Source: Octopus sinensis (Eukaryota). From it: a stretch of 64,000 nt of DNA. Numbering within the stretch: position 1 is the stretch's first letter; each line of letters begins with the position of its first letter. The position numbers and the translations under genes were made by a program. The notes beneath the pieces were generated by a model, which did not search any database, was not told the DNA's origin, and was given only the letters and a program-made list of their open reading frames with translations. Of this stretch, positions 25,578 to 39,221 are shown one piece after another. The stretch covers positions 152,396,001 to 152,460,000 of the forward strand of contig NC_042998.1 in assembly GCF_006345805.1 (NCBI RefSeq), given 5' to 3'.

Positions 25578-26678
25578 AACTTTTAATAAGGACCCCTATA
25601 TGCACATACATACACACACACACACACACAAACAAGAGTCAAACAAACACATACACACACACAAACAAGAGCCATACACACATACAAACACAGAGTCAAA
25701 CAAACACAGAACTCTTTTGTTTATTTAATGGCCCTTTAGTGGGTAGTGCATTCATTCATAACATCACTTCTTTCCTGAGCCATTACTGTCTTTGCCTTAT
25801 CATAGCTTCTTCTACTACTCCTCAAATTTTCTCCTCGTCCTTAAACTACCGTTACGACATCAGATATGAAATAAAACACAGGCTAATATTACCCACCAAA
25901 ATAGCCGCAACAGCAACTGTGCTGTGATAATGGACACACACAAAAACAAAACAAAACAATATGAATCAAAGAAACGGTACTGTAATAACGCTGACAATAC
26001 TGTATGTTAAAGGTATAAGAAAAATTCACTACAAGGCATAACAGACTGGTCCCTCTCAACGTAAACTACACGAAAATATGTTAACATTGTCTTCCACATA
26101 ACGACTTAGATATCCTGATTGTTTTAAAACAACAGTAAATATAACTCCGTTTGAAATGTAGACATAATGACGTCATATATCTTCATCGTATGTCCTTGTC
26201 TTCCCTCAAATTTCACTTGACCAAATTAATTATTGATTTTATCAGTCTCTCACTAATGAGGTTTGGCAGCAAATTACTTGGAAATGACCAAGTTCGTGTC
26301 ACGGTCCAAAACGTTAATCGTTGAGCCATGCACAGCCTTCAGACGTCTCTTCCTTATACCAACAACTTCTTCCTCCTCTTTTCTATTTCGTAGTTTGGTC
26401 GTAGTGTATGTACACATATGTGTTGATGCACTTGTGTGTTTATGTAGAACTGTGTCTTTGTTGGTGTGTGCACATGGATAGCGTTGTATGCGTACGGGCA
26501 CATGTGTGTGTGCGCGCGCGCATGTGTGCGTCTAGGCTCGTGAAATTTAGTATTACCACAGAAATTTTTGGCAAGTGATTGATATTGTCACTTCAACAAC
26601 GGAGAAGAAATAACATGTATATGTGTATGTGTTTATATATGTATGTTTACATAAATATGTGCAAACATTACATATATA

Positions 26679-27091
26679 GGCGCAGGAGTGGCTGTGTGGT
26701 AAGTAGCTTGTTTACCAGCCACATGGTTCCGGGTTCAATCCCACTGCGTGGCACCTTGGGTAAGTGTCTTCTACTATAGCCTCGGGCCGACCAAAGCCTT
26801 GTGAGTGGATTTGGTAGACGGAAACTGAAAGAAGCCCGTCGTATATATGTATATATATATATATATGCGTGTGTGTGTTTGTGTGAGTGTGTTTGTCCCC
26901 CTAGCATTGCTTGACAACCGATGCTGGTGTGTTTATGTCCCCGTTACTTAGCGGTTCGGCAAAAGAGACCGATAGAATAAGTACTGGGCTTACAAAAGAA
27001 TAAGTCCCGGGGTCGAGTTGCTCGATTAAAGGCGGTGCTCCAGCATGGCCGCAGTCAACTGACTGAAACAAGTAAAAGAGAGTAAAAGAGA

Positions 27092-27093
<2 letters not shown>
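26679..27093 (+). mobile_element. SINE family A, full length
   Basis: ggcgcaggagtggctgtgtggtaag head, gggttcaatccc B-box, central domain, internal microsatellite and agtaaaagag tail. Confidence 0.97.
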
Positions 27094-27136
<43 letters not shown>

Positions 27137-27268
27137 TATACATATACATACTATACAAATATGTACATACATATACATATACGTACACACATACATATGC
27201 ATAAATATATTACATACATACAATACATAAGCATAAAATAATTACATACATACAACATATATATATAT

Positions 27269-28388
27269 TGTTACGCCGCCACTCAGACCCAAGGCCTTCC
27301 GATTCCACCACGGACCCTAAGTCGCGACGATGACACTCAGTAAACCGGAAATCCACCACGGGAAGCGGGGGAGGGCGGCGAACGCAGCCAGGAACCAACA
27401 CAACAACAAAAGAAGAGACACTCAGGTGGAAGTTGCGTAATTCAAACAATTTTTTTTCAAAACAAAACCAAAACGTTCACAACAAAGGTTAACAGATCAT
27501 GTACAGAGTTCGAAGAACAAATCATTTGCATTTAAACATAATACAGAGTTCGAAAAAAACAATCCATTTAACATTTGACACAATACAGCTCAATTTTTCA
27601 AGACAAATCATTTTTTTTACATTTAACACAAAGTTCACAATCAACAGTCTCTTAGAGCTTTTTAACACGACAATTCTCAAAAAGGTTCCTTCTCCTTTTA
27701 AAAACCTTTCCAAGTTCTTTTCTTTCTTCCCTTTCTTTTCTTTTAAAAACAGCCAAGAACACGCTCTTTTTTTCTTCTTTTCAACAGCACATCGTCTCTT
27801 TTCTTCTTTTTTTTTACATTTAAGCAAACACAACGTTTTTCTTTTTTCATTTAAACATCAGAATTCAAAACACACAGAAAACAACATTACCAGAACATTT
27901 GTTTCTTAACTCGCGTCCGCAACAATTCTTAACTTCACAAACTCCCACTATAACAACTTGCCTGCCGCTCGTTGCCATCTCTGTCTCTACCGTCTCTCGT
28001 CCCCGCCATCTCCAACTGCACCTGTCTGTCTCTGGCCGTCATCATCTCCAACTCACTCCCTGGTCCCGGTCTCCGCTCACACTGACCCTCTCTCGCCAAC
28101 TGACCTTTTAACCTAATGCTATCCTAATGCTATAACGGGTAGCAGCTAGAAGAAGAGAAATATCGATGACAGTAGTGTGTAGATCCCTCCCCAACATTTT
28201 TTAAAACTTTCCGTGACCGTGCGGGGGTCATAGTTCACTGCCTAGGACCAATAATAATTGTGCTGTTTGACAAGACAAAGGAAATACCATTGTCCTGAAC
28301 GACTGGAGCGCCGGTTCGATTCCAACTAATGGAACAAGGGGCATAATGTTTTTTTTTGTTCGTTTACATTTTCCTTGCGTCCGTAACA
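27269..28388 (-). mobile_element. Gypsy 3' LTR (1120 bp)
   Basis: Termini TGTTACG...CGTAACA. A polypurine tract (gggagggggtag on minus, 28389-28400) lies immediately upstream. Confidence 0.9.
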
Positions 28389-29890
28389 CTACCCCCTCCC
28401 TAGGCTTTTCGTCGTCCCGACAAAAGCACACTACAGTCGTATCTCCAGACGACCTTCTCAACAGATGAGCCCAACCTCTGAAGGCGTGCTCCAGCTGAAC
28501 TGGCCAGACCTCCACAGACGGTTCGCCTGCACAATTTTCGGAGAAGACCTCACTAGTCCTAGTGTCATGCCGACGCTTCATCACCTCACCCGAAAACTTC
28601 AGAGCCTCTCCAACCTGTTGGTGTACCCCAGTCAGCCCCTCCTGCAGATGTCCACTTGCAACCTGGCTGTGAGCTTCTTCCAGCAGCTAAAGTTTCATCT
28701 TCTTGGGTACCACCAACTGCCAATACTTATTGAGACCATCGGGTGTCTCCCAGTGTCTCTCAAGCAACCCGTCGTTCAAACGAAGGTCCCACTGGCCCCA
28801 ATAGTTCTTAGTTTCAGGGCTGAGATTGGATACCTCCTCCCAAGATGGTCTCGCTGCTTCCACTCTACCACTGGCCATAATTCGGCATCTTCCCTCAGTA
28901 GTTTGTGTAACGGTGCAGCCAACGTCGCAAAGCTTCCTATGAGGCGCCTATAATGGGTGCCCAGTCCCAACAGACCTCTCAGTTCTTTTGCACCAGTAGG
29001 GACCGGCCAATCCTCTACTGTCACTTTCCTCAGCGCTCTATAGCTCACATAACATCTCGCTGTACCGTCTCCATTCTGCACAACAATTGCCGACGACCAG
29101 GGACCGCTCGAATTCCCTTCATTTCCCGCCGCCGAACTGGGACCATCCTCCGAGCTCGCTGCTTCATCGAGCGATGGCCGCCCGGGTCGATATAGCGCTC
29201 CAACAGGTCCGTGCGACCAACATCCAGACGTCCTGCACACTTCGCCAACAGCTGCTTCCTCCGCAACGCCCGAGTGCCATCCAAGCACCGGCGACTCCGT
29301 GCGAACCGCTCCTGAAACTGCACAGGCAGACTACCACCTCCTTCAACTACCTTCCTGTAGTGACGCAACTGACCCTGCCGCTGGTCCACCTCTTGGCACA
29401 GTCCCTCGATTTGCCCTCTACAAATCGCTTGTGCCACTTCCGAGAAATTGGCTGACCCAACCAGCGCTTTATCAGCTCCTGCCTCTACCAGGGTCCGTCC
29501 GACCCTCACTCGAGCTTTCACCGTGCACTGCCTGCCGGGCTCCACCAGCCCCAAGCAGCCATCAAACACATCGCTCACACGACACTGGAGCAGTTTTCCT
29601 GGTCTTGGTGGTACTACCATCGTCCGCAGCGCTCTCACCTCGTCACCAGGCTTGGTTCTCTTTACTGCCTTAACCGAAGGCTTCCTGGAATGCACGTTCA
29701 GCTGACAGGCCATCGACGCCTGTGGCTTCTTCCCAATGGGCACTACACAGTTATCCTGAGTCCCGGGAGACAAGGGACCAGATGCTGAAGCATTAAGACA
29801 CGGAATGGCAACAGCAACGTCGGAAAAATGTGTGTGTGCCCGTGTTGGAAAGTTGCTGCTACTGCTGCTCACCCAAACACCGCGCAGTTT
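28389..29890 (-). mobile_element. Gypsy internal region, heavily deleted pol mosaic
   Basis: GPWSSAIVV..DGTARCYVSYRAL (RT start), WPVPTGAKELRGLLGL..YRRLIGSFATLAAPLHKLL (connection) and YWGQWD..DGLLERHWE..QLVVP (pre-integrase). No 5' LTR is seen. Confidence 0.9.
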
Positions 29891-30032
29891 AAAATAAAAT
29901 AACGAAATTGATGTAAATACACATTTTTTGAACTGCTTCCTTCTGAAGTGGGCCTTTGCAAAATATAAACCTTTTTTTTTTTTGTAAAACTTTCTACAGT
30001 GTTAGAAACTTTCTTTAGTTCTCTTCTGCTTT

Positions 30033-30117
<85 letters not shown>

Positions 30118-30248
30118 CGTGTGTAGACAATGATACAAATAAACAAATAAAACTCCTGGGTTTGATATATAGAATATATATACATGCATATATGTGAATA
30201 AAGAAAAGGCATAGACTGAAAAATTTTCTGGTGATTAACATTCAAGTA

Positions 30249-30320
<72 letters not shown>

Positions 30321-30323
<3 letters not shown>

Positions 30324-30600
30324 AAGAGGGTTTGAAAATGCAGAAGTCTTTTAAAGATGTTTATTGACTTGACCGGTTTCACTTTTTTAAAAACAGATAT
30401 CGAAAGTAAAATGTAAAGCTTTGTATAAGCTTTGTTGTGTTAAGAACTGGTTATCATTTGCATTAAAATACAGTTATACAGTCTTTGATAATGATAAGAA
30501 AATGTTAAAAAATAGAATCTTTGACAATGATAAGGAAATGTTAAGAGGGGCTTTTTGTTTAAACAGTTTACATGAGTGTTCAAAATAGGTAGTAAAATAA
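30321..30600 (-). mobile_element. Diverged copy of the U3-A8 HHR family
   Basis: gggtttgaaaatgcag...gacttgaccggtttcac...gaaagtaaaatg; the minus strand reads GAAA-ccgg-TC-aagt with a decayed core. Confidence 0.7.
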
Positions 30601-30843
30601 ATTTATAATTATTTTTAAGTTCATCAAAAATCATAGTTGTATAGAAGCATATATACAGAAGAAATTATATATAATCAACCTGTTTGTTGTTTACACACCT
30701 GTCTTCGTCTTTTTGTTTTGTAAATTCCAACTATTTATATATATACACACACACACACACATTCACTCATACACATACATACACTCGCACGCATATATGT
30801 GTGTATGTATGTATGTACATACATACATACATACATACATACA

Positions 30844-30875
<32 letters not shown>

Positions 30876-30899
30876 CTTATTTGCTTATGACGAATCATC

Positions 30900-31350
30900 A
30901 AAGATGATGACAGCGGTGATCTAGGACATTCATCCTCCTCCGCCTGAAGCACATAATTTCTTATGAAAGCAGACGCGGCTGAGAAGACAGATACGGGATA
31001 GGCAGAGAACTAATAGGGATCCTGAACAACAACTATACGGACTTGATGCCGATATCTCCTCCTCTCTTCATGCAGCTTCCTGCGTTCGGTTTCAAACTGC
31101 ACTACTGCAGCATCACATACCATCATAAAACTTCTGAACGATCGATAGAAATAGTGAACAGTCAAACTTCTGCAGCTGGTGCTACGACATAAGGCAGTTC
31201 ACCATGTCAAACGCCCTTGTTAGATCGATGAAGACGTAGCATTTGTCTCTGTTCTGTCCACGGCACTTTTCAGGAAAACTGGTCATAAATATTACGTCAG
31301 AAGTCTCTCTTTCTGGTCAAAATCTACATTGGGGTTCAGGCATAACCAGG
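30900..31350 (-). mobile_element. RTE-like LINE RT fragment
   Basis: The minus strand translates to DVIFMTSFPEKCRGQNRDKCYVFIDLTRAFDMVN. Confidence 0.75.
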
Positions 31351-31451
31351 TTGGCAACATGACAACATACATACATACACGCATACATACATACATACAT
31401 ACATACATACATACATACATACATACATACATACATACATACATACATACA

Positions 31452-31482
<31 letters not shown>

Positions 31483-32149
31483 GTAATTTTATATTCGGAT
31501 ATACACCTTGTAGTATACTGTTTAAAGCTTGTCCATAATATTCGGCTACCTGATGTCAACAACAGTATGGAAGTATACGCCTGGACTTTACTTCAAGAAT
31601 TCCTTTGAGCCCGTAGAGTTCATATTAAAAAATATTAGAGATAGAAAATTGAATCTTCCTTCAGAACTACTGCGATCGTTTTGACCCATCTTACAGGTGA
31701 GATGCTGTGTAAACAATTGTCACGCATCAAAGGTACCTCATTGTTTACTTGTCACTTCGACTATTTTTATAGCAATACATTTTGGTTAGGGTAGAATACT
31801 GTCCGTCTCCATAAGGAACTGAGATGGAATGAAAAAATCTTTCTTGTAGAAGAAATACAATAAAGTTTACAAGGATGAAGAATAAGAATCTTGCTAATTT
31901 CTTGTTCAGCTTCATTTCCTAAAAGAGTTTTCGAAATTTTTCAACACCTGGCCAAGATAATTAACTAATTAATAGACTTCATTCTTTCAGTAATTATTTC
32001 AACAACTTTAACAGAAACAATTTAACTCTTTAGAGAAAGTTAACTTTATTTTTTTTTCTTTAAAGCTTTTTTGCTTTCATTGTTGTTTTGGCTATCTCTT
32101 CCAATAACTGTTCCATATTTTGGCACAAGTACAGCAATTTTAAGAAGCA

Positions 32150-32321
32150 GAATAGTCAATTACATAGCCCCCAGCACTTAACTGGTACTTTATCTTATCG
32201 ACACCGGAAAGATGAAAGGCAAAGCTGATTTAGGCGATATTTGAACTCAGTACGTTAAGAGCCGGCACAAATGACGCTATACATCTTTTCCGACGTCATA
32301 ACAATTCTGTCAGCTCGCCTT
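32150..32321 (-). mobile_element. SINE family B
   Basis: Reverse complement of the 16746 family (ggaaagatgaaaggcaaag...cagctcgcctt). Confidence 0.85.
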
Positions 32322-33364
32322 AATCTCGCCTTAATTCGTCGTAACAAGTCTTTTGAGCTAACTTGATAAAATGAATTCTTTCAATATTATCGTGTTTGTG
32401 CCACAGAAACAGACAAGGGTGGGGAGATCCTAATTTTCAATCTATGTGGTGATAAGGTTGTTCTTTCACATTATAATTGTAAATGCTTGTCAGGAAGAAT
32501 CACGTTTAGATTTACAATGACCTTTTTAAACATATCCGTTTTATTATGTACAATGTATTTTGATCTTAGAAAATAATATTTTGCAGAACACCTAGCTACA
32601 TAGTTTTGAGGCATTGTTTGTAGGGATTCTTTCTCGTGTATTCGAACCTTATTCAATAAGACTTAAACATTAGATAAAAATGAAAGAGGAGCTCAGAAGG
32701 TGACTGGTGATTATCGAACCTATTTCTCCTACTCCGACACCTCGCTGAACTAAACCTTTATATTTTACATCGATCGAATTACCGCGAGTACATTAATTAT
32801 TTCTAAAATAAATGCAGGACCACAAGAGCTTGATGCACAGGGAGGGTATTTGTACCGCCGTACTTCACTGATATTTCATAATCAACGTTGATAGAACGAA
32901 AAGACGCCATCAGCTGGATTTGAGCTTTAAAATAAAAGGTTCAAAACCGAATGCTACAAAACACCTCCCATGGTGGTCCACAGTCCCATCTAGTCTGCTG
33001 CTATAATTGGGAACCACTCCAATAAAATGTACGACGATAAATTTTCTTTAATCCTCCACCCCACCACAGATTTAGTGAACAGAGGTTGTGTGCTGACCAT
33101 AATCCATCTCCCAGTTTAACATCATCCTCTAATTTTTCACTGCCTTTAAATAAGTTTACTCTGGGTTACTTCCATTAATCTTAAAATTCCAGAAAACGGC
33201 CATGGCTGCCGCTCCTCCACTTCTGGTTCAGACACTTCATAACTACCCACCCCCACTACAATAATCTACACTACACCGCACTACACTGCACCACTCTACA
33301 CTCATACTCACACCACTCCAGACCACTAGAAAATCCACCCCAACTGCAGACAGTTATGCCTCGA

Positions 33365-33402
<38 letters not shown>

Positions 33403-33957
33403 ACTCTCTCTCTCATTCTCTGTCGTATTGAACTTTTTAAACTTCAACAGCAACATAAACACAGAGATCAACACCACCTCCACCACAAATCAACATCAAC
33501 ATAACAACAGGCCCCACTATCACCACCAACACCGCCACCAACACCACCACCAACACCAACACCAACACCACCACCAACACCAGCACTGCCACCAACACCG
33601 CCTCCTCTACCACTACTACATCCACAGTAACAATATCAATAGTCATTAAAAACCATCAACCACCACCAAAAACGTCAGCAACGTCAACAACAAATATGAA
33701 CAATAAATATCAGTCCGACATAACAGCCGCCACTAACAACAACTACAACATCAATAACATTAACAATGTCAACAACATTAAAAAAAAACTCACCTGCTTC
33801 GCCCAGTAAGCGACACCAGATATTATTATACTTGCAATCTTCGTTATTTAGACGGGATTTTTTTTTAAACTTGCCTTCCCTTTCCTCTCACCTCCCCCTT
33901 ACAGCTACTACTACAACGACCAACAAAAAGTGCCGTCGCTTCGATGACTATTTTTGT

Positions 33958-34105
33958 GGGAGGGGGCCAATCGATTAGATCGACACCAGTACGTAACTGA
34001 TACTTCATTTATCGACCTCGGCAGAGTTTAAACTCGAAAAGTTAAACAGGACGAAATGCCACAAAGCATTTTCCCGGCGTGCAAACGATTCTGCCATCTC
34101 GCCAG
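33958..34105 (-). mobile_element. SINE family B, internally deleted
   Basis: tttatcgacctcggcag...aacgattctgccatctcgcc. Confidence 0.75.
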
Positions 34106-34106
34106 T

Positions 34107-34138
<32 letters not shown>

Positions 34139-34344
34139 TTCATTTATTTGCCACAAGGGCGAAGGATGAGGGAGACATTACAATGACAGACTAAAGTGTG
34201 GGGGTTCACATATAATGAAATAAAAAGAAAGGAAAAGTTAAGTATACACTGAAAAAGAAGAATGTGCTTCTTTTTCAAAAAGCCTCATGTAACAAAGGTT
34301 AAAAAAAGTATTTTCTATTATAGACACAAGTCCTGGAATCTGAG

Positions 34345-34460
34345 GGGAGAGAGATGGTCGATCACATTGACCTCAGTATTTGACTGGCATTTAATTTATC
34401 GACTTCGAAAGGACGAAAGGCAAAGTCGACCTCGGCAGAATTGGAACTCAGAACGAGCAA
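34345..34460 (-). mobile_element. SINE family B, 3' part
   Basis: tttatcgacttcgaaaggacgaaaggcaaagtcgacctcggcag. Confidence 0.85.
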
Positions 34461-34584
34461 GTGGGATATATGTGTGTAATATGTTTGTGTGTGTGATTCT
34501 ATGTGTGTATTAATATTTTCACATATTACTATTTATTACCATGGTTATTATATTACTATTATTGTTGTTGTTGTTGTTGTTGTT

Positions 34585-34715
34585 AAGGCGAGCAGGCAAA
34601 ATCGTTAGGATGCTGGACGAAATGCTTGCGGTGGTATTTCGCCCGTCGCTACGTTCTGAGTTCAAATTCCACCGGACTCCACTTTGCCTTTCTGCCTTTC
34701 GGGGTCGATAAAATG
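34585..34715 (+). mobile_element. SINE family B, 5' part
   Basis: aaggcgagcaggcaaaatcgttag...cctttcggggtcgataaaatgagtaccag. Confidence 0.85.
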
Positions 34716-34875
34716 AGTACCAGTAAAACGTTGTTGTTGTTGTTGGTGGTGGTGGTGGTGGTGGTGGTGGTGTTGCTGTTGTTGTTGTGGTTGTTGCTGC
34801 TGAAGCTGTTGCTGCTGTTGTTGTTGTTGCTGCTGATGCTGTTGCTGCTGCTGTTGTTGTTGTTGTTGTTGTTGT

Positions 34876-35050
34876 TAAGGCGGCGAGCTGGCAGACTCGT
34901 TAGCTCGCTGGGCGAGTTTTATTTCCAGCTTTTCGTCCGTCCTTACGTCCTGAGATCGACTTTACCTTTCATCATTTCGGAGTCGATAAATTCAAGTATA
35001 TGTTGTGTACTGATGTCGATCTAATCGACTGGCACTCTCCCCAAAAATTT
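34876..35050 (+). mobile_element. SINE family B
   Basis: aaggcggcgagctggcagactcgttag...cctttcatcatttcggagtcgataaa. Confidence 0.8.
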
Positions 35051-35059
35051 CGGGGAGAA

Positions 35060-35900
35060 AAGAAGAGCTAGTTGAATATTAAATTATTTATGAGTGGGAG
35101 TTAGTGTTAGGGGTTTATATTAAGGGATTTTGGGGGTTAATGTTTAAAATAAATTAAGGATAAATTAAAGAATTAATATTTATCTTATAGTGTGATGAGG
35201 TACAGTAGATAGATATGAAATAAGAGTTACAGAGCTATAGAAGGGGTATGCGTTAATGATCGTAGGGTTATGTATGTGGGTACTATTAGTGGTGGGGAAG
35301 CTTGCATTTAGATTTATGAAAGAATTTAAAAGTGCGGAAGAATTTGTGCTTACACGTAGTGAAGGCCTCGTTGTATTTATTAAGCAATTGTGGTGAGTTG
35401 TGGGTTAGAATTTTGAGACCTTCCTTTAAGCAGAGTCATCAACCAGAGTGTTGGCCATGATATGGGGTACCCGAATCTATTATATTATATAAAAGAAAGT
35501 TTATAATATTTGTGCGGGTTTGTCCAGAGCTAAGTTTCGAGAGCTGTTCCTTAAGTCTAGTGTTGGGTATAAATCTAATTTTCTGGGAGAAGCCACTAGC
35601 AGCTAGAGCTTGGTTATAGTAGCTGGTGTAGTTATTGAAGATTTCTTTATTGGCGGATAGATCGGATATTCTGATGGATTTGCCTTTGATTATGCTCTCG
35701 AAAGTAGATTTATGGTGGCTAGATTCTGTGTTGATGTATTTAAGGTATTGATTGGGCTTATGATATGTGAAGTACAACGAAGTGTTTAAATTTAAAGTAA
35801 CATCTAGAAAATTTGCTGACCTGTATGAGTTTTCGAAGGAGATAGATAAAGTTGGCGAAGAATTTGTGTGTTTTCTAGTTTTTTCTAATGCAGATTTCGT
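35060..35900 (-). mobile_element. Penelope-like fragment (RT motif 7/thumb joined to GIY-YIG C-terminus)
   Basis: ANFLDVTLNLNTSLYFTYHKPNQYLKYIN..SHHK and KILTHNSPQLLNKYNEAFTTCKHKF. Confidence 0.85.
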
Positions 35901-35986
35901 TAGGTCTCTTTTTTCTTCTCTCTTTCCATCTCCTTATTCTCTTATTGATATATACCATTCTCATTTGCCATATTTTTCTCCAATAT

Positions 35987-36042
35987 GTCTCTGATGACGG
36001 AATATCCCATACTCGAGGATGTCCCAGAAACAGCTGTAAGAC
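35987..36042 (+). ncRNA. Type I hammerhead ribozyme, canonical core, inverted relative to the adjacent PLE ORF
   Basis: gtct-CTGATGA-cggaatatcc...ggatgtccca-GAAA-cagctg-TA-agac. Confidence 0.85.
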
Positions 36043-36429
36043 TTTGAATTTCTTCCTGTAATAATATTATATATGACTTGCGATGTTTGCCTTGCCGTAA
36101 TGTTTGACGTCCTGTTTAACAATTATATATCCGCTGCATCGGAAATATGCAATGGCTCCATAACTACCGTCACGTCTATAACCTTGGAGTCCTAGTAATC
36201 GGTTACAGCACTTACCTAGACTACCTAATCATTTAAATCACCTGTGAATTAAACCCCCATACTATATATATAAATGAAAAAATGTACGACCTTATGTGTC
36301 TCTCTCCTGTCCGGTTATATACTCAGTATACGTTATGTCGTATGTTTATTTACCATTCATTTTCTCATTTATTAAGTAATGGTACGCAACTGTATTAGCA
36401 GTAAGTTTATATATATGTGGGGGGGGTCT

Positions 36430-36628
36430 GTCTCTCTGTCTGTCTTTGTTCCACCACCATCGCTTGACAACCGATGTTGGTGTGTTTACGTTCGGTTCAG
36501 CAAAAGAGACCGATAGAATAAGCACTAAGCTTACAAAGAATAAGTCTTGGGGTTGATTTGTTCGGCTAAAGGTGATGCTCCAGCATGGCCGCAGTCGGGT
36601 GACTAAAACAAGTAAAGGAATAAAAGAA
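36430..36628 (+). mobile_element. SINE family A, 3' half
   Basis: cgcttgacaaccgatgttggtgtg...gtgatgctccagcatggccgcagtc. Confidence 0.9.
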
Positions 36629-36759
36629 TGCTAACAACATTTTAACTATTCATCTTTTCCCCATTTATTGTGCATTTATATTTTCAATTTTTATGCTAAC
36701 CACCTGTAGGTAAAATTATGAAAACTTCAAATGGCGATGGCGGAAATAGGAAACTTTGG

Positions 36760-37790
36760 TGTTTGGTTACAGAAAATTACTTTCTTAAAGTCTGAAACCA
36801 AGCAACTCTGCCTTTTCTTTCGGTAATTTCAAATCGCTCACTAAGTCATTTAACTCCACCTGACTTAACAAAAAAGGCGGGGAACTAGTTGCATCTGGAA
36901 CATATACGCCATCTTTCCTTATTTCTATATCACTAGCAGAATCTTCAGATGAACTGCTGTCTGTTGTCGTTGCTGGTGGAACTGGTGGGGGATTTGTCTC
37001 ATGTGGTACTGGTTTTATTGCTGATTCGCAGTTTAGGTACATGATTTTTTTTTTGTTTTTCTTTGTGAAATCAACAATCTTTGTCAAAAATAACAATTCA
37101 GTGATTTTTTATGCCAGACCATTGGGACTGAGAACTGCATAGCTTTTTTTTTATCATACATCCAAGTAAATATGTGATGCCCAATCCTCCTCTGGCTCTC
37201 CTAACTTACAGCCAAAATAATACGCGTAGGTAAGTTTAATTTTTGTTATTATGTTTCTATGTTGTGGCTTAGGTGTATATATTTGTCCACAGGTATATAA
37301 GCTGTCTGGGTGATTTGATTGTATTTAATTACCATACAATATCTGAAAAAAACGTAAAAAGTAATAATTACGATATATAAAATAAAAAGAAATACACACT
37401 GTAGTCCCCAACAAATGTTATAAAAATACTCAAGTTGCCACAGACTATTACTTCCTTACCGCAGAGAGTTTCAACAGCCGCTCTACTTGACTGTCAATAG
37501 TGACTGGCCGTTGGGCTGTTACTATGCTCTTGACTCAGTGTTGCCGACTCGGGATAAATTTTATTGATTAAAATCGTTAGAATGTGTATATAGTTGGCAA
37601 ACAAAAATTGCTTTAAGCTTGAAAAGCAAGTTTCCTATTATTGGCATTAAGGCGATTACAACTAAAATCTGTACATGGTAGGAAATTTTACTAAGTGATT
37701 TGCCTTTTCCACAAAATCTCGACGTGATAGAAAAGATCTAATTATAGATTTAAAATCAGTATACCGAAATTAGGAACACCTAGCTAGCAA
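36760..37790 (-). mobile_element. Chapaev3-like (CMC) DNA transposon remnant
   Basis: Minus-strand MQFSVPMVWHKKSLNCYFC and LSQVELNDLVSDLKLPKEKAELLGFRL. Superfamily assigned from motif recall. Confidence 0.65.
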
Positions 37791-37959
37791 AATCTTTGAT
37801 TCCTAATGTAATATATATTTATGTATTCTTTATACGCATACATAACCCTAGATACATACATACATTCAGACATACGTACTTACGCGCGCAGACACATACA
37901 CTCGCGCGCACACACATTCACACTCTCATACACACACAGAGTCTATTATTAAAATTAAA

Positions 37960-39000
37960 CTGAGAGCTTGTCTCGTGACTCGAGTTTCAAGCCCCTACGA
38001 TTTTCACGCAGTGGCGTGAAAGTCGAGCTGCTAGACAACTTCCCAGCTTCAGGTTTTAATAATTACACTGGTCTACAAGGTGTTTGGTGTTTAGGAAATA
38101 GACATCATTCCTATACAAAATCGGTCTCCTGCATCTTCTTTTTGACCTATCAGATCCAGTTTTTAAGTTATTGAACATCCCTATAGTCATTATGTATGAG
38201 TGTAAGGGAGACCGGGTTTTGTTGTTACACAGGTAACTTGTTAGAAGCCCATTGTTTCCAACTTCAAATCATTATATTACGTCCGTTGTGCTTACATTTT
38301 ATTGAGGTCTTCACTGGGACATTCCACCAGTACTCCTTTTTGTTGAATGGCTATAGCTCCTACCATACTGTGGGTTCTTATTTCTTTGTCCCCGGTGTTA
38401 TCCTTCCGATGGATTTCATTACCATGTCTTATCGGTAGATAATACCGTGATGACATTTTCGGACAACTGCTTATGATGTGGGTGATATCTTCGGTATTAA
38501 CTCCGCAAAGACTGCATCGGTTGTCACATTTTACTGTTTTCCTGCATCTCTATCTCTTTTGTGCATCAAGTACGGTTGATATTTTCTGTTCCTAGACTGC
38601 AAACGCATACCCTTTAAAGTGTGGGGGGGGGAGTAATATGATTATTGGTCCATGATAGACTGTTTTAATGATCAATGTTACTATCATCTCGGAGTTTTCT
38701 ACTAACATATCTATGCATGGTATTCTGTTCATATAGGCTCATCCTTTCATCTAATGATATTTTGCGGTAGAGTCGTGCGACTTCTTTGGGCATGTATTCT
38801 AGGTTATCAAAGAATGTTGTTCAAGGAGCTACCTTCCTTATGATGTTATCAGCTTCATCTGTGCAAACTTGGTCAAGGGATGCACTTCAACACTTGGTGG
38901 TTAAAATATGTTGCTGGAGGAATATGATACGACATTCAAAGGCAGTTTGGATCGATGTTAAGCCTCAGCCGCTTTGTTTTCGTTTTAGGTAGAGTCTGTT
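37960..39000 (-). mobile_element. R4/Dong-like LINE 3' end (CCHC plus restriction-like endonuclease)
   Basis: RCSLCGVNTEDITHIISSCPKMSSRYYLPIRHG then EYWWNVPVKTSIKCKHN. Confidence 0.8.
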
Positions 39001-39057
39001 TATGTGGAAAATTATGTGTGTATGTATGTAGATAGATATATGATAGATAGATAGAAA

Positions 39058-39221
39058 CGTAGGTAGGTAGGTAGGTAGGTAGGTAGGTAGGTAGGTAGGT
39101 AGGTAGATAGGTAGGTAGGTAAGCAGGCAGGTAGGTAGGTAGGTAGGTAGGTAAGCAGGCAGGTAGGTAGGTAGGTAGGTAGGTAGGTTGGTAGGTAGGT
39201 AGGTAGGTAGGTAGGTAGGTA
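39058..39221. repeat. (AGGT)n microsatellite
   Basis: Direct reading. Confidence 0.98.

Noticed and set aside
26274-26420. Exon-like peptide KLRNRKEEEEVVGIRKRRLKAVHGSTINVLDRDTNLVIS with a possible gtaatt donor
   Set aside because: No acceptor or start, and no recognisable homology.
31510-31705. Possible exon bounded by ag...ag/gtgaga
   Set aside because: No frame is open across it.
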